A stretch of 64,000 nt of DNA from Parvibaculaceae bacterium. GTDB lineage: Bacteria; Pseudomonadota; Alphaproteobacteria; RS24; CBDDDD01. Position numbers and translations under genes: made by a program. Where the stretch lies: assembly GCA_965226465.1 (NCBI GenBank), contig OZ245362.1:690082-754081 (forward strand). Reading direction: 5' to 3'. Numbering within the stretch: the stretch's first letter is position 1; each line of letters opens with the position of its first letter. Positions 38,837-49,126 of the stretch are shown one piece after another. The notes under the pieces are model-generated. The model was given only the letters and a program-made list of their open reading frames with translations. It was not told where the DNA came from and did no database searches.

Positions 38837-41800
38837 ATGCAAGCAGCGCAAAAAAAATGGAGATTTCTGGTAGATAGAGGCGGAACCTTCACCGATGTGA
38901 TTGCGCTTTCTCCACAAGACAAGCTCCATATACGCAAATTTTTGTCACAAAATGACGAAAAATATAAGGATGCCACCCTTTACGCCATAAGAAACCTCCT
39001 CAATATTCCTGATGGCAAGCCCTTGCCAAAAAATAATATTGGCGAGCTACGCATAGCAACAACCATAGCGACCAATGCCCTGCTGGAAAAAAAAGGTGCC
39101 AAAACAGCATTGCTCATCACCAAAGGGCATAAAGATGCGTTAGAGATTGGCAACCAAACCCGTCCCGATTTATTTTCCCTAACCATAGAAAAGCCAAAAA
39201 TGCTTTATAAGGAGGTTTTAGAGATTGAGGAACGCCTCAGCGCACAAGGTGAGGTTTTGCAAGCCCCCTCCGCCAAGCAGGTAAAGGAACAGCTGGAATA
39301 TGCCAAAAAAAGCGGCTGCTCCTCTCTTGCCATTTGTTTTTTGCATAGCTACCGCTTTCCTGCCCATGAGCAATATGTAGCGGGACTGGCAAAAGAGATG
39401 GGTTTTTCCTATATAGCCACCAGCCATGAAACCATTGCGCTCATGAAGTTCGTGCCACGCGCAGCAACAACATTAGCCGATGCCTATCTCTCGCCCATAT
39501 TACAAAGCTATATTCAAAGCTTAGAAAAAGAAATACAGACAAGCTCTCCCGACACAAAAATCCATTTCATGATGTCCAATGGCGGGCTATGCACAGGCGC
39601 AAGTTTTCGCGGCAAGGATGCGATAGTTTCTGGACCGGCAGGGGGCGTTATTGGAGCGATAGAAGCAGGAAAAAGAGCCGGGCTAGAAAAGATAATCGGC
39701 TTTGATATGGGCGGCACCAGCACCGATATCTGCCATTATAGCGGCAAGATAGAACAAACTCTGGAGACGAAAATCGGCGGCATTCCCCTTCGTACCCCCA
39801 TGATGCAAATCCACACCATTGCCGCAGGGGGCGGCAGCATTATCAGCTATGAAACAGGGCGTGTTCAAATCGGACCCCAATCTGCAGGAGCCAATCCCGG
39901 ACCGCTCAGCTATCGCAAAGGAGGACCGCTCACCCTTACCGATGCCAATATATGCGTAGGGAAAATTCGCCCTGACAGATTTCCTGCTATTTTCGGAAAA
40001 ACTCAGAATAAGGAATTAGATGAAAAAGGCGTAGAAAAGGCATTTGGAGCGATTGCGAAAAAAATTAATATAAAGCCCGAACAGCTTGCCGATGGAGCCA
40101 TAAAAATCGGGGTAGAAAACATGGCACATGCCATAAAAAAAATCTCCACCCATAAAGGGCATGATGTAAGCCAATATGCCCTTACTTGTTTTGGCGGAGC
40201 GGCGGGGCAATTTGCCTGTCTGGTAGCCGACGCTCTTTATATGGAGAAGGTTCTCATCCCCCCGCTCACCGGCTTGTTATCGGCATGGGGTCTTGGGCTT
40301 GCCCGCATGAGGGAGGGGGCGGAGCAAAGCGTGGAGTTACCCCTTAGCGAGCTTGACAAGATAGAGGCGGAGATTGAGGAGCAGAAGAAGAAATTAACCG
40401 CCCAATTGTCGTCAAAAGGGGAGAAGGCGGATGAGATATTTTGCTATTTACTGCTCCGCTATGAGGGCACCGATAGCACGATTGAAATTGCCCATAGCAA
40501 TAAGCAGAAAAAAATAGAGCATGGTTTTGAGCAGAGCTATGCCCAGCAATTTGGTTTTATCCAAAAGGGCAAAAAAATTATCATTGAGGCGATACGATTG
40601 GAAGCCTTTGGAGAACGCCCCCACCCCCTTCAAGCAGATGTGAAAATGGAGCAGCAGAAAAGCGGAAAAGGGCGTTTTTTCTCACAAGGCAAATGGCATG
40701 ATGCCGAGATATTCGCCCGTAATGCTTTGCAGCTTGGCAAAATCTATAAGGGACCCCTTCTTATTTTTGAAGAACACGCAAACATTATTGTTGAGCAAGA
40801 ATGGCAGGCGGAGCGCACGAAAGCCGATGAGATTATCCTAACCCGCCCCACCCCACGCAAAAGGGATAAGCCGCTTGGCATTGGAGCGCGCGAAAAAGCA
40901 GATCCAATCCTATTGGAGATTTTCAATAATCTCTTCATGTCCATTGCCGAGCAAATGGGAGCGGTCTTGGAAAAGACGGCAAGCTCGGTCAATATAAAAG
41001 AGCGGCTTGATTTTTCCTGCGCCCTTTTTGACGAGCAGGGAGGCTTAATTGCCAACGCCCCCCACATGCCCGTACATCTTGGCTCTATGGGTGCCAGCGT
41101 GCAGGCAATTATGCGCAACTATGAGGGGAAAATGGCAGAGGGCGAGGCATATATTCTGAACGACCCCTATGCAGGTGGCACCCATTTGCCCGATGTGACC
41201 ATTATCCTGCCCATTTTTACCGGCAAGGATAAGCACCCTACTTTTTATGTAGCAAGTCGTGGACACCACGCCGATATTGGTGGCATTACACCAGGCTCCA
41301 TGCCAGCACATTCCAGCCATATTGATGAGGAAGGGGTATTATTTAGCGGCGAGAAATTATTGGAAAAAGGGATATTTGCCGAAGAGAAAATGCGGCATAT
41401 ATTAAGCCATGCACAATATCCAAGCCGCAATATAGAACAAAATCTTGCTGATTTTCGGGCGCAATTAGCCGCCTGCGAGAAGGGAAAAAACGAGCTTCTC
41501 CGCCAGATAGAGCAATATGGCGAAGAAAGAGTGCTTGCCTATACCAGACATGTTCAACAAAACGCCGCCGAGCATACAAGGCAAACCATTATGGCACTGC
41601 AAGACGGCTCCTTCCGTATAAAGATGGATGCGGGAACAAAAATATGCGTTTGTCTAAAAGTAGATAAAAACAAGCACCGCCTCAGTGTAGATTTTTCGGG
41701 AACAAGCCCGATGCAGAAAAATAATTTTAATGCCCCCCAAGCCATTTGCCGTGCCTGTGTTTTATATGTATTCCGCACCATGGTTCAGGAAAATATTCCG

Positions 41801-42424
41801 ATGAATGAAGGCTGTTTGGAGCCTTTGGATATTATTATCCCGCCCGAAAGCCTGCTAAGCCCCCACCATCCGGCAGCGGTAGTGGCGGGGAATGTAGAGA
41901 CCTCGCAAGCCATTTGTGATGCTCTTTTTGGAGCCTTAGGCATTATGGCAGCCTCGCAAGGCACGATGAATAATCTGACCTTTGGCAATGAGCAATATCA
42001 ATATTATGAAACCCTATGCGGTGGCACGGGGGCGGGGCATGGTTTTGCGGGTGCAAGCGGGGTGCATAGCCATATGACCAATTCGCGCTTGACGGATATA
42101 GAGATTTTAGAATGGCGCTTTCCTGTCCGCTTGGAGCATTTCGGGCTTCGCAAAAATACGGGTGGTGCGGGCAAATGGCGTGGCGGCGATGGGGTGGAGA
42201 GAAGGCTGTTATTTTTGGAGGATATGCATGTGAGCCTGCTCACCCAGAGAAGGCTATATGCACCCTTTGGGCTTGCAGGGGGCGGGGCAGCAAGCAAGGG
42301 CGAGAATATTCTAAAGCGCAAAAATGGCGAGGAGCAGAAATTGGAAAGCTGCAGCGAGCTGGAAATAAAAGCAGGCGAAAAACTTATTATTAAAACTCCG
42401 GGCGGCGGCGGCTTTGGCTCTTAA
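38837..42424 (+). CDS. fused hydantoinase A/B family enzyme, 5-oxoprolinase (ATP-hydrolysing)-like
   Basis: 1195 aa. The N-terminal half is HyuA-like (VDRGGTFTD, GFDMGGTSTD). The C-terminal half is HyuB-like (DPYAGGTHLPD, GGGG.G). Confidence 0.8.
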   Translation: MQAAQKKWRFLVDRGGTFTDVIALSPQDKLHIRKFLSQNDEKYKDATLYAIRNLLNIPDGKPLPKNNIGELRIATTIATNALLEKKGAKTALLITKGHKDALEIGNQTRPDLFSLTIEKPKMLYKEVLEIEERLSAQGEVLQAPSAKQVKEQLEYAKKSGCSSLAICFLHSYRFPAHEQYVAGLAKEMGFSYIATSHETIALMKFVPRAATTLADAYLSPILQSYIQSLEKEIQTSSPDTKIHFMMSNGGLCTGASFRGKDAIVSGPAGGVIGAIEAGKRAGLEKIIGFDMGGTSTDICHYSGKIEQTLETKIGGIPLRTPMMQIHTIAAGGGSIISYETGRVQIGPQSAGANPGPLSYRKGGPLTLTDANICVGKIRPDRFPAIFGKTQNKELDEKGVEKAFGAIAKKINIKPEQLADGAIKIGVENMAHAIKKISTHKGHDVSQYALTCFGGAAGQFACLVADALYMEKVLIPPLTGLLSAWGLGLARMREGAEQSVELPLSELDKIEAEIEEQKKKLTAQLSSKGEKADEIFCYLLLRYEGTDSTIEIAHSNKQKKIEHGFEQSYAQQFGFIQKGKKIIIEAIRLEAFGERPHPLQADVKMEQQKSGKGRFFSQGKWHDAEIFARNALQLGKIYKGPLLIFEEHANIIVEQEWQAERTKADEIILTRPTPRKRDKPLGIGAREKADPILLEIFNNLFMSIAEQMGAVLEKTASSVNIKERLDFSCALFDEQGGLIANAPHMPVHLGSMGASVQAIMRNYEGKMAEGEAYILNDPYAGGTHLPDVTIILPIFTGKDKHPTFYVASRGHHADIGGITPGSMPAHSSHIDEEGVLFSGEKLLEKGIFAEEKMRHILSHAQYPSRNIEQNLADFRAQLAACEKGKNELLRQIEQYGEERVLAYTRHVQQNAAEHTRQTIMALQDGSFRIKMDAGTKICVCLKVDKNKHRLSVDFSGTSPMQKNNFNAPQAICRACVLYVFRTMVQENIPMNEGCLEPLDIIIPPESLLSPHHPAAVVAGNVETSQAICDALFGALGIMAASQGTMNNLTFGNEQYQYYETLCGGTGAGHGFAGASGVHSHMTNSRLTDIEILEWRFPVRLEHFGLRKNTGGAGKWRGGDGVERRLLFLEDMHVSLLTQRRLYAPFGLAGGGAASKGENILKRKNGEEQKLESCSELEIKAGEKLIIKTPGGGGFGS

Positions 42425-43299
42425 GGCGTAAACCCTAACGCCTCACATAGCCGCAAAGTAAACCCCGCCCGGTTCAGTGTATAAATATGAATGCTCTCAA
42501 AGCCTTCCTTTTGTAAAACCATGCATTGCTGGAGAGCGAACTCATGAGCGATTTTTTCACATGCCTCCTTATCCTCTTCATGACCAGCAAAAGCATTTTT
42601 CAAATGCTGAGGAATAGAAGCCCCACATTTTTCTGCCATGCTACAAAGAGAGATAAAATTACCAGTCGGAATAATACCCGGTATAATAGGTATACCAACA
42701 CCATGCACCTTCACCCTATCGCGCAACTTCAGATAGGCTTCTGTATCAAGCGCAAATTGGGTGATAGCCCGCCTGGCACCGGCATCCTCTTTTGCCTTGA
42801 GATATTCCATATCAGCCTTTTCACCACGACTGTCAGGGTGCGGCTCAGGATAGGCGGCAACGGAAATATCAAACCCGCCCTTTTCGCTTATGGCACGGCA
42901 TAGCTCAATGGAGCTTTTATACCCCTCTTCATGCGCCACCCAATTTCCCATATCGGGCATATCGCCGCGCAATGCGACAATATGGCGTATACCAGCCTCA
43001 TAATAGCTTTGAATAACGGCATTGGTTTCTGCACGGCTTGCCCCGACACAGGTAAGGTGAGCGGCAGGGTTAAGGGATGTTTTTTCCACCAAATATTTGA
43101 CGATTTTATGCGTCCGCTCTCTGGTAGAGCCGCCTGCCCCATAGGTAACGGATACGAAATATGGTTTTAATTTTTCCAACATGGAAACGGCATGAAGCAG
43201 CTTGTTTTCCATTTCTTCACTTTTTGGCGGGAAAAATTCAAAACTAATATTTTCTATATTCATGGAGCAAATCATGCCAAGAAGGGGGGCATATCGCAA
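42421..43299 (-). CDS. metF: methylenetetrahydrofolate reductase
   Basis: SFEFFPPK, VTYGAGGSTR and HLTC motifs. The start may be the internal Met at 43263. Confidence 0.85.
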   Translation of the reverse strand: MRYAPLLGMICSMNIENISFEFFPPKSEEMENKLLHAVSMLEKLKPYFVSVTYGAGGSTRERTHKIVKYLVEKTSLNPAAHLTCVGASRAETNAVIQSYYEAGIRHIVALRGDMPDMGNWVAHEEGYKSSIELCRAISEKGGFDISVAAYPEPHPDSRGEKADMEYLKAKEDAGARRAITQFALDTEAYLKLRDRVKVHGVGIPIIPGIIPTGNFISLCSMAEKCGASIPQHLKNAFAGHEEDKEACEKIAHEFALQQCMVLQKEGFESIHIYTLNRAGFTLRLCEALGFTP

Positions 43300-43352
43300 T
43301 GTTTTTGTTTTATAAAATATGCTATCATTTCCGAGACCATGAAAGATGAGAT

Positions 43353-44078
43353 ATGAGAAAACTGATAATAGCCTTACTTCTTATCCCGCTTATGGCATGT
43401 GCGAGCATTCCAAAAGATGCGAGGACAGAAGGCGACCCATTTGAAAGCTTCAACCGCTCCATGTTGAATACTCATCTGGTATTGGAGCGCTGGGTATTAG
43501 ACCCGCTTAGCAGTGCTTACAACACGCTGCCTAGACCCATTCGTAGCGGTACGAGCAATTTTCTCTCCAATCTTCTCTCTCCGCTTACTCTGGTAAATGA
43601 TTTATTGCAGGGCAATATAAAGCAGGCGGGCAAAACATTTGCGCGTTTTTTCATTAATACGATATGGGGTTTTGGCGGGCTTATGGATTTTGCGGCGATG
43701 AACGGGCTTGAAGCCCGTAAGGAGGATTTCGGTCAGACATTGGCGGTTTATGGTATCCCGCAAGGTCCTTATCTTTTTATTCCGCTTCTTGGTCCAACGA
43801 GCTTCCGCGACATAACCGGCAGAGGGCTTTCCATTATCGGCAATCCCATTCGCTATAATGATGTCGCCCGCCCGACAACCATTCCCAGAAACATCCTTCA
43901 TGGCGTAGATGTCTATGCCCGCAATAAGGAGTTTATTAAAGAGGCAGAAAAAACTTCAATAGATTATTACACGACGATAAGAACGCTTTACTTGCAAAAC
44001 AGGCAAAATCAGATTGATAATGGCAAAACCGATATTGACACCCTCCCCGATATTGATGACATTGACGGGATAGAATAA
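43353..44078 (+). CDS. mlaA: MlaA/VacJ-family outer-membrane lipoprotein
   Basis: Lipobox LMAC-AS, DP.E..NR......N and FGQTL...G...GPY...P..GP...RD motifs. Confidence 0.75.
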   Translation: MRKLIIALLLIPLMACASIPKDARTEGDPFESFNRSMLNTHLVLERWVLDPLSSAYNTLPRPIRSGTSNFLSNLLSPLTLVNDLLQGNIKQAGKTFARFFINTIWGFGGLMDFAAMNGLEARKEDFGQTLAVYGIPQGPYLFIPLLGPTSFRDITGRGLSIIGNPIRYNDVARPTTIPRNILHGVDVYARNKEFIKEAEKTSIDYYTTIRTLYLQNRQNQIDNGKTDIDTLPDIDDIDGIE

Positions 44079-44090
44079 AAGGAAAAGCCG

Positions 44091-44663
44091 ATGCGTAACG
44101 CTTTATTACTATTTATCTTTTGTTTTTTCATGACCCCCCTTAAAGCGGGCAATAAGGATGGCGAGGCATTTGTCAAAAAGATAAGCGGTGAGATTATCAC
44201 CCTTTTGCAATCAAGCGCCGCCGATAGAGAGGAGAGCTTTGTAGCACTCCTCAATAAATATGCCAATATGCGCCGCATATCCCGCTTTACACTTGGACAA
44301 TATGCCCGCCGCTTCACCGATGATGAGCTGGAGGAATATCAGAAGGTTTTTACAAAATATATTGTGCGCATTTATAACACACGCCTTAAAGAATATAAGG
44401 ATGAGAAGATTGTCATTAATGGCAGCCAACAAAAAAATCGCAATATTATTGTGAGCAGCAAGATTATCCTAAAAGAACAAGACCCCCTCCCCGTTGATTG
44501 GTGGCTCATTGCCGAAAAAGACGGCACCATCACCCTTTTTGACCTCAGAGTAGTAGGCATCTGGATGGCACAAGAACAACGCGCCTCCATCGGCGCCTTC
44601 CTAAGCAGCAATAACGCCAACGCCAAAAAGCTCATCGCCCATTTGCAAGAAAAACTTTCTTAA
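44091..44663 (+). CDS. MlaC/Ttg2D-like periplasmic phospholipid-binding protein
   Basis: 190 aa with a signal peptide and the F....G.YARRFT.....Y...F pattern of toluene-tolerance Ttg2D/MlaC proteins. It is adjacent to mlaA. Confidence 0.6.
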   Translation: MRNALLLFIFCFFMTPLKAGNKDGEAFVKKISGEIITLLQSSAADREESFVALLNKYANMRRISRFTLGQYARRFTDDELEEYQKVFTKYIVRIYNTRLKEYKDEKIVINGSQQKNRNIIVSSKIILKEQDPLPVDWWLIAEKDGTITLFDLRVVGIWMAQEQRASIGAFLSSNNANAKKLIAHLQEKLS

Positions 44664-44696
44664 TATTTTTTTACCAATAACCAAATGGATTTCATT

Positions 44697-46514
44697 ATGT
44701 GCGGAGTGATAGGCATTACAGGACGCAATCCAGTATCATCACAATTATTGGAGGCATTAAAACGCCTTGAATATCGGGGCTATGATTCTGCTGGAATAGC
44801 CACTTCACATGATGGGGACATCACCTTATGTCGCAGTGAAGGAAAGTTGGTAAAGCTTGAAAAATTATTGGCGAAAAAGCCGATATACGGACATACCGGC
44901 ATTGGGCATACCCGCTGGGCGACACATGGGGTGCCATCTGAAGCCAATGCCCACCCCCACGCCACCGATAAGGTAGCCGTGGTTCATAACGGAATCATTG
45001 AGAATTTCAAAGAAATGCGCAAAGCACTGGAAGCCAAAGGCTATTCTTTCAAAAGCCAGACAGATACGGAAGTGGTGCCGGCAATGATTACCGATTATCT
45101 ATATCAGGGCAACTCTCCCCATGAGGCGGTGGCAAAGACCCTGAAAAAAGTGCAAGGAGCATTTGCTCTTGGCGTTATTTTTTCGGGCGAGGAAGGGCTG
45201 ATAATCGGCGCACGCCGTGGCTCCCCCTTGGCGATAGGCATAGGAAAGGATGAATATTATATTGGCTCAGATGCCGTGGCACTAGCACCGCTGACCCGTC
45301 AGATTAGCTATCTCTCCGAAGGGGATATGGCTGTAGTAACCCCAAATGGCTACGATATTTACGATGAGCGGGGCAATAGCACTAAACGCCCGATAAAACA
45401 GACAAACCTTAGCGGAACAGCCATTGGCAAGGGTGGCTTTCCCCATTACATGCTCAAAGAGATTCACGAGCAACCCACCGTGATTGGTGAAATGCTCAAT
45501 TTCTATGCCGGTGAGGGAACTATTCACTTGCCGCCCCTTCCGCTTGACGAAAAAAAGATTTCCCGCATTCAGATTGTCGCCTGTGGCACCTCCTATTATG
45601 CCGGACTTACAGGACGCTATTGGCTGGAAAGCATGGCAGGCCTGCCTGTAGATGTTGAGATTGCCTCAGAGTTTCGCTACTACCACCCGGTCATGGATAG
45701 CAATGCATTGATGATTGTAATATCGCAATCTGGTGAGACTGCGGACACGCTGGCGGCATTGCGCTATGCCAAAAAGCAAGGCGTTGCAACGCTGGCAATG
45801 GTCAATGTTCCGGAAAGCTCCATTGCCAATGAAGCCGATGCCATGCTGCAAACCCATGCCGGTCCGGAGATTGGTGTTGCTTCCACCAAAGCCTTCACCA
45901 CGCAATTATCCCTGCTGGCAATCCTCTCCATACATCTGGCAGCCTGCCGAAATATGCAGCCGACAGAAAAACTGGCAGCACATTTACGCGCCCTAACGGA
46001 GGTACCCGCAAAAATTTCTGAAGTATTGCATGACGACAGCATGATTAAAAAACTGGCGAAACGGCTAAGCGACATGCACCACATGCTCTATATAGGTCGC
46101 GGCGTATCCTATGCCCTCGCCCATGAAGCCGCATTAAAAATGAAGGAGATTAGCTATATTCACGCCGAAGCCTATGCCGCCGGTGAAATGAAACACGGAC
46201 CGATTGCCCTCCTTGATGAGGATATGCCCGTATTGGCAATTGCCCCAACAGATTCCTGGTTTGACAAAACCGCCTCCAACATCCAAGAGGCAGCCGCCCG
46301 CAATGCCCAAATTATCGCCGTAACCGACAATGAAGGCGCTGAAGCTCTATCCGACATAACAAAAGACATAATCCTATGCCCCACCTCCCACCCCTTCGTC
46401 GCCCCCATAATCTACGCCGTCCCCATGCAACTACTCGCCTACCACACCGCCACAACAAAAAACACCGACATAGACCAACCCAGAAACCTTGCAAAGTCTG
46501 TAACAGTGGAGTAA
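44697..46514 (+). CDS. glmS: glutamine--fructose-6-phosphate aminotransferase
   Basis: MCGVIG gives the required N-terminal Cys, so the start is set at 44697 rather than 44685. Two SIS domains and the C terminus ...NLAKSVTVE. Confidence 0.9.
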   Translation: MCGVIGITGRNPVSSQLLEALKRLEYRGYDSAGIATSHDGDITLCRSEGKLVKLEKLLAKKPIYGHTGIGHTRWATHGVPSEANAHPHATDKVAVVHNGIIENFKEMRKALEAKGYSFKSQTDTEVVPAMITDYLYQGNSPHEAVAKTLKKVQGAFALGVIFSGEEGLIIGARRGSPLAIGIGKDEYYIGSDAVALAPLTRQISYLSEGDMAVVTPNGYDIYDERGNSTKRPIKQTNLSGTAIGKGGFPHYMLKEIHEQPTVIGEMLNFYAGEGTIHLPPLPLDEKKISRIQIVACGTSYYAGLTGRYWLESMAGLPVDVEIASEFRYYHPVMDSNALMIVISQSGETADTLAALRYAKKQGVATLAMVNVPESSIANEADAMLQTHAGPEIGVASTKAFTTQLSLLAILSIHLAACRNMQPTEKLAAHLRALTEVPAKISEVLHDDSMIKKLAKRLSDMHHMLYIGRGVSYALAHEAALKMKEISYIHAEAYAAGEMKHGPIALLDEDMPVLAIAPTDSWFDKTASNIQEAAARNAQIIAVTDNEGAEALSDITKDIILCPTSHPFVAPIIYAVPMQLLAYHTATTKNTDIDQPRNLAKSVTVE

Positions 46515-46586
46515 CACCTCCGAATCATTGACAAAACTCATCACCCATTTGAAGAAAAAACTTTCTTAGGAAACAAGTCAGCTATA

Positions 46587-46994
46587 TTAAATCTTATAGT
46601 TTTCTAAAATTTGTAATATCCAGCTTGGAGGATGTGGCCATGAATACATTCCTCTATCTCTCCATGATTCAGTTTCATTAATTTTGTTTTTTTCCAAGAT
46701 AGCATCCATAACTTCATCATGCGGATAAAGATAATAACACTCATCCTCAGTACGAAATGCTATATATATATCTTTTCCAATATATTTCTTATCAAGCACC
46801 AAACGACCTTTAAGCTGTATTTTTAAAGTATCATTACCGCTAACATGATAAGCTAGAAAATCAGCACCCTGCCAATCATCATTTAGCTTAATAGAGTTGA
46901 AGCCATACTCTGCCAAGATACTTGCAACTTTGTGAAAATTATAATTTTCCTGCTGTTTAGCCTTTAGCTCATGATACTTAATACGCTTAAACAT
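46587..46994 (-). CDS. orphan 135-aa hypothetical protein, possible minimal PD-(D/E)xK-fold nuclease
   Basis: A/T-rich ORF between glmS and a tRNA. The G-A-D-F-L-A-Y ... L-K-I-Q-L-K-G pattern (D45 ... Q60-x-K62, nt 46809-46862) resembles a restriction-endonuclease-like core. I recognise no family. Confidence 0.45.
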   Translation of the reverse strand: MFKRIKYHELKAKQQENYNFHKVASILAEYGFNSIKLNDDWQGADFLAYHVSGNDTLKIQLKGRLVLDKKYIGKDIYIAFRTEDECYYLYPHDEVMDAILEKNKINETESWRDRGMYSWPHPPSWILQILENYKI

Positions 46995-47052
46995 CTTTGC
47001 TTCCCCTTTAATTCAATTTTCTCTGTCTTCAAAAATAAAACCACTTAGCGAC

Positions 47053-47129
47053 TGGTGGGCCCGGCAGGACTCGAACCTGCGACCGAACCGTTATGAGCGG
47101 TTTGCTCTAACCAACTGAGCTACAGGCCC
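47053..47129 (-). tRNA. tRNA with CAT anticodon (elongator tRNA-Met or lysidine-modified tRNA-Ile2), CCA encoded
   Basis: Reverse complement is GGGCCTG-TA-GCTCAGTTGGTTAGAGC-A-AACCG-CTCATAA-CGGTT-CGGTC-GCAGGTTCGAGTCCTGC-CGGGCCC-A-CCA. The G1-C72 pair excludes an initiator tRNA. Confidence 0.85.
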
Positions 47130-47161
47130 CCAAGTGAGCACTCTGCTTACCAGCGTTTTGT

Positions 47162-49090
47162 TTAATTATCAAGAAAGCTTCTTAATTTTCTGGAGCGCGA
47201 TGGATGTTTCAGCTTACGCAAAGCCTTTGCCTCTATCTGGCGGATACGCTCGCGGGTGACGAGAAACTGCTGCCCGACCTCCTCCAATGTGTGGTCGGTA
47301 TTCATACCGATACCAAAGCGCATACGAAGCACGCGCTCCTCGCGCGGTGTGAGCGATGCCAATACGCGGGTTGTTGTTTCGCGCAAATTGACCTGAATGG
47401 CGGCATCAATGGGGAGGATTGCATTTTTATCCTCAATGAAATCGCCCAAATGACTATCTTCCTCGTCGCCAATCGGCGTTTCCAGACTAATAGGCTCTTT
47501 TGCGATTTTGAGAACTTTGCGTACCTTTTCCAACGGCATGGATAGCTTATCAGCAAGCTCTTCAGGGGTAGGCTCTCTGCCAATTTCATGAAGAATCTGC
47601 CGCGAGGTGCGCACGATTTTATTAATGGTCTCAATCATATGAACAGGAATACGAATAGTGCGCGCCTGGTCAGCAATAGAGCGTGTAATGGCTTGGCGTA
47701 TCCACCATGTTGCATAGGTAGAAAATTTATATCCGCGGCGATATTCAAACTTATCCACCGCCTTCATAAGCCCAATATTACCCTCCTGAATAAGGTCAAG
47801 AAACTGCAACCCCCGATTGGTATATTTTTTGGCGATAGAAATAACAAGGCGCAAATTGGCTTCAACCATTTCCTTTTTAGCAATACTGGCTTCACGCTCA
47901 CCCTTTTGAACAGCACGCGCAATGCGGCGATATTGGGCAAGATTAAGCCCTGTTTCCGATGCCAATTCCTGAACTTCCTTACGGATAATTTTTATCTCAT
48001 CCCGATGAGATTTAATAAACTCTTTCCACCCCTTCCCCGTAAGTCGGCTAACACGGCGCGTCCAATTGGGATCCATCTCATTGCCATAATATTGCTTAAA
48101 AAACTCCTCACGCTTAACCCCACACTCCTCTGCCATCCGCATAAGCCGCCCCTCAAGGCTGATAAGACGCTTATTAATGCCATATAATTGCTCAACCAAT
48201 GCCTCAATACGATTATTATTAAGCGCAAGCCCCTTCACCTCACCAATAAGCTCGGCAGAAAGTTTTTCAAGACGCTTTTTCTGCGCCCTGCTCAGCTCAC
48301 TGCCAGAAAGCTGCTTATCCTGCAAATTGCGAAGCTTTTTATAACTCTTGGCAATTCTATCAAAACTGGAGCAGACTTTCGGACGCAGCTCATTTTCCAT
48401 CGCCGCCAAGGAAAGCGGATTGGCAAAATCCGACTCATCCTCATCAGGCTCGCCCTCAGCTTCTCCACTTGGTGCCCCTGTAGGGGGTGCTTCAGCCCCC
48501 GCTGCCGAGCGGTCAATTTTTTTTGCATCAGGTCCTGCAAAAGTCGCGTCTAAATCAATAATATCACGGAGCAAAACCTTTCCCTCATTCAGCTCATCGC
48601 GCCAAATAATAATCGCCTGAAAGGTCAATGCGCTTTCGCATAATCCCGCAATCATTGCCTCGCGCCCAATCTCAATGCGCTTGGCAATGGCAATTTCTCC
48701 CTCTCTGGAAAGAAGCTCCACCGACCCCATTTCCCGCAAATACATACGCACAGGGTCATCCGTACGCTCCGAGGGGTCGCCGCTGCGCTGATGTTTTACA
48801 ATCTCGCGACTTTTACTGGCTTTTTGCGCCTCATATTCCTCTTCATTTTTAACGATACTAATGCCCTCATCAGAAAGCGAAGCCATCACATCCTCCACCT
48901 GCTCGGAAGAAATTTTCCCCTCCGGCAGTGATGTATTTAATTCTTCCATAGTTACAAAACCGCGCTCCTTTGCGGCTTCAATAATTTCTTTCACCTTTGC
49001 TTTAGAAAGCTCTGGAGCTTCCTTCTTCTTGGCGTTAGCTTTTTTTGTTTTCTTTACGACCATGTCTTCCTTTTCCCGGACTATATTCAT
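47162..49090 (-). CDS. rpoD: RNA polymerase sigma factor RpoD (sigma-70)
   Basis: 642 aa with regions 1.1-4.2, including the region 2 segment [12 protein letters not shown] and the region 4 segment [18 protein letters not shown]. Confidence 0.9.
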   Translation of the reverse strand: MNIVREKEDMVVKKTKKANAKKKEAPELSKAKVKEIIEAAKERGFVTMEELNTSLPEGKISSEQVEDVMASLSDEGISIVKNEEEYEAQKASKSREIVKHQRSGDPSERTDDPVRMYLREMGSVELLSREGEIAIAKRIEIGREAMIAGLCESALTFQAIIIWRDELNEGKVLLRDIIDLDATFAGPDAKKIDRSAAGAEAPPTGAPSGEAEGEPDEDESDFANPLSLAAMENELRPKVCSSFDRIAKSYKKLRNLQDKQLSGSELSRAQKKRLEKLSAELIGEVKGLALNNNRIEALVEQLYGINKRLISLEGRLMRMAEECGVKREEFFKQYYGNEMDPNWTRRVSRLTGKGWKEFIKSHRDEIKIIRKEVQELASETGLNLAQYRRIARAVQKGEREASIAKKEMVEANLRLVISIAKKYTNRGLQFLDLIQEGNIGLMKAVDKFEYRRGYKFSTYATWWIRQAITRSIADQARTIRIPVHMIETINKIVRTSRQILHEIGREPTPEELADKLSMPLEKVRKVLKIAKEPISLETPIGDEEDSHLGDFIEDKNAILPIDAAIQVNLRETTTRVLASLTPREERVLRMRFGIGMNTDHTLEEVGQQFLVTRERIRQIEAKALRKLKHPSRSRKLRSFLDN

Positions 49091-49126
49091 GCGAGGGAGA
49101 ATAAGATAGGGATTTTTTATCTTTTC

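Noticed and set aside
46515-47052. Search for an att-like direct repeat of the tRNA(CAT) 3' end that would delimit a genomic island containing the 135-aa ORF
   Set aside because: Reading by eye, I found no copy of the tRNA 3' segment (tggtgggcccggcagg...) or its complement between glmS and the tRNA, and no integrase. The island hypothesis is left unsupported.
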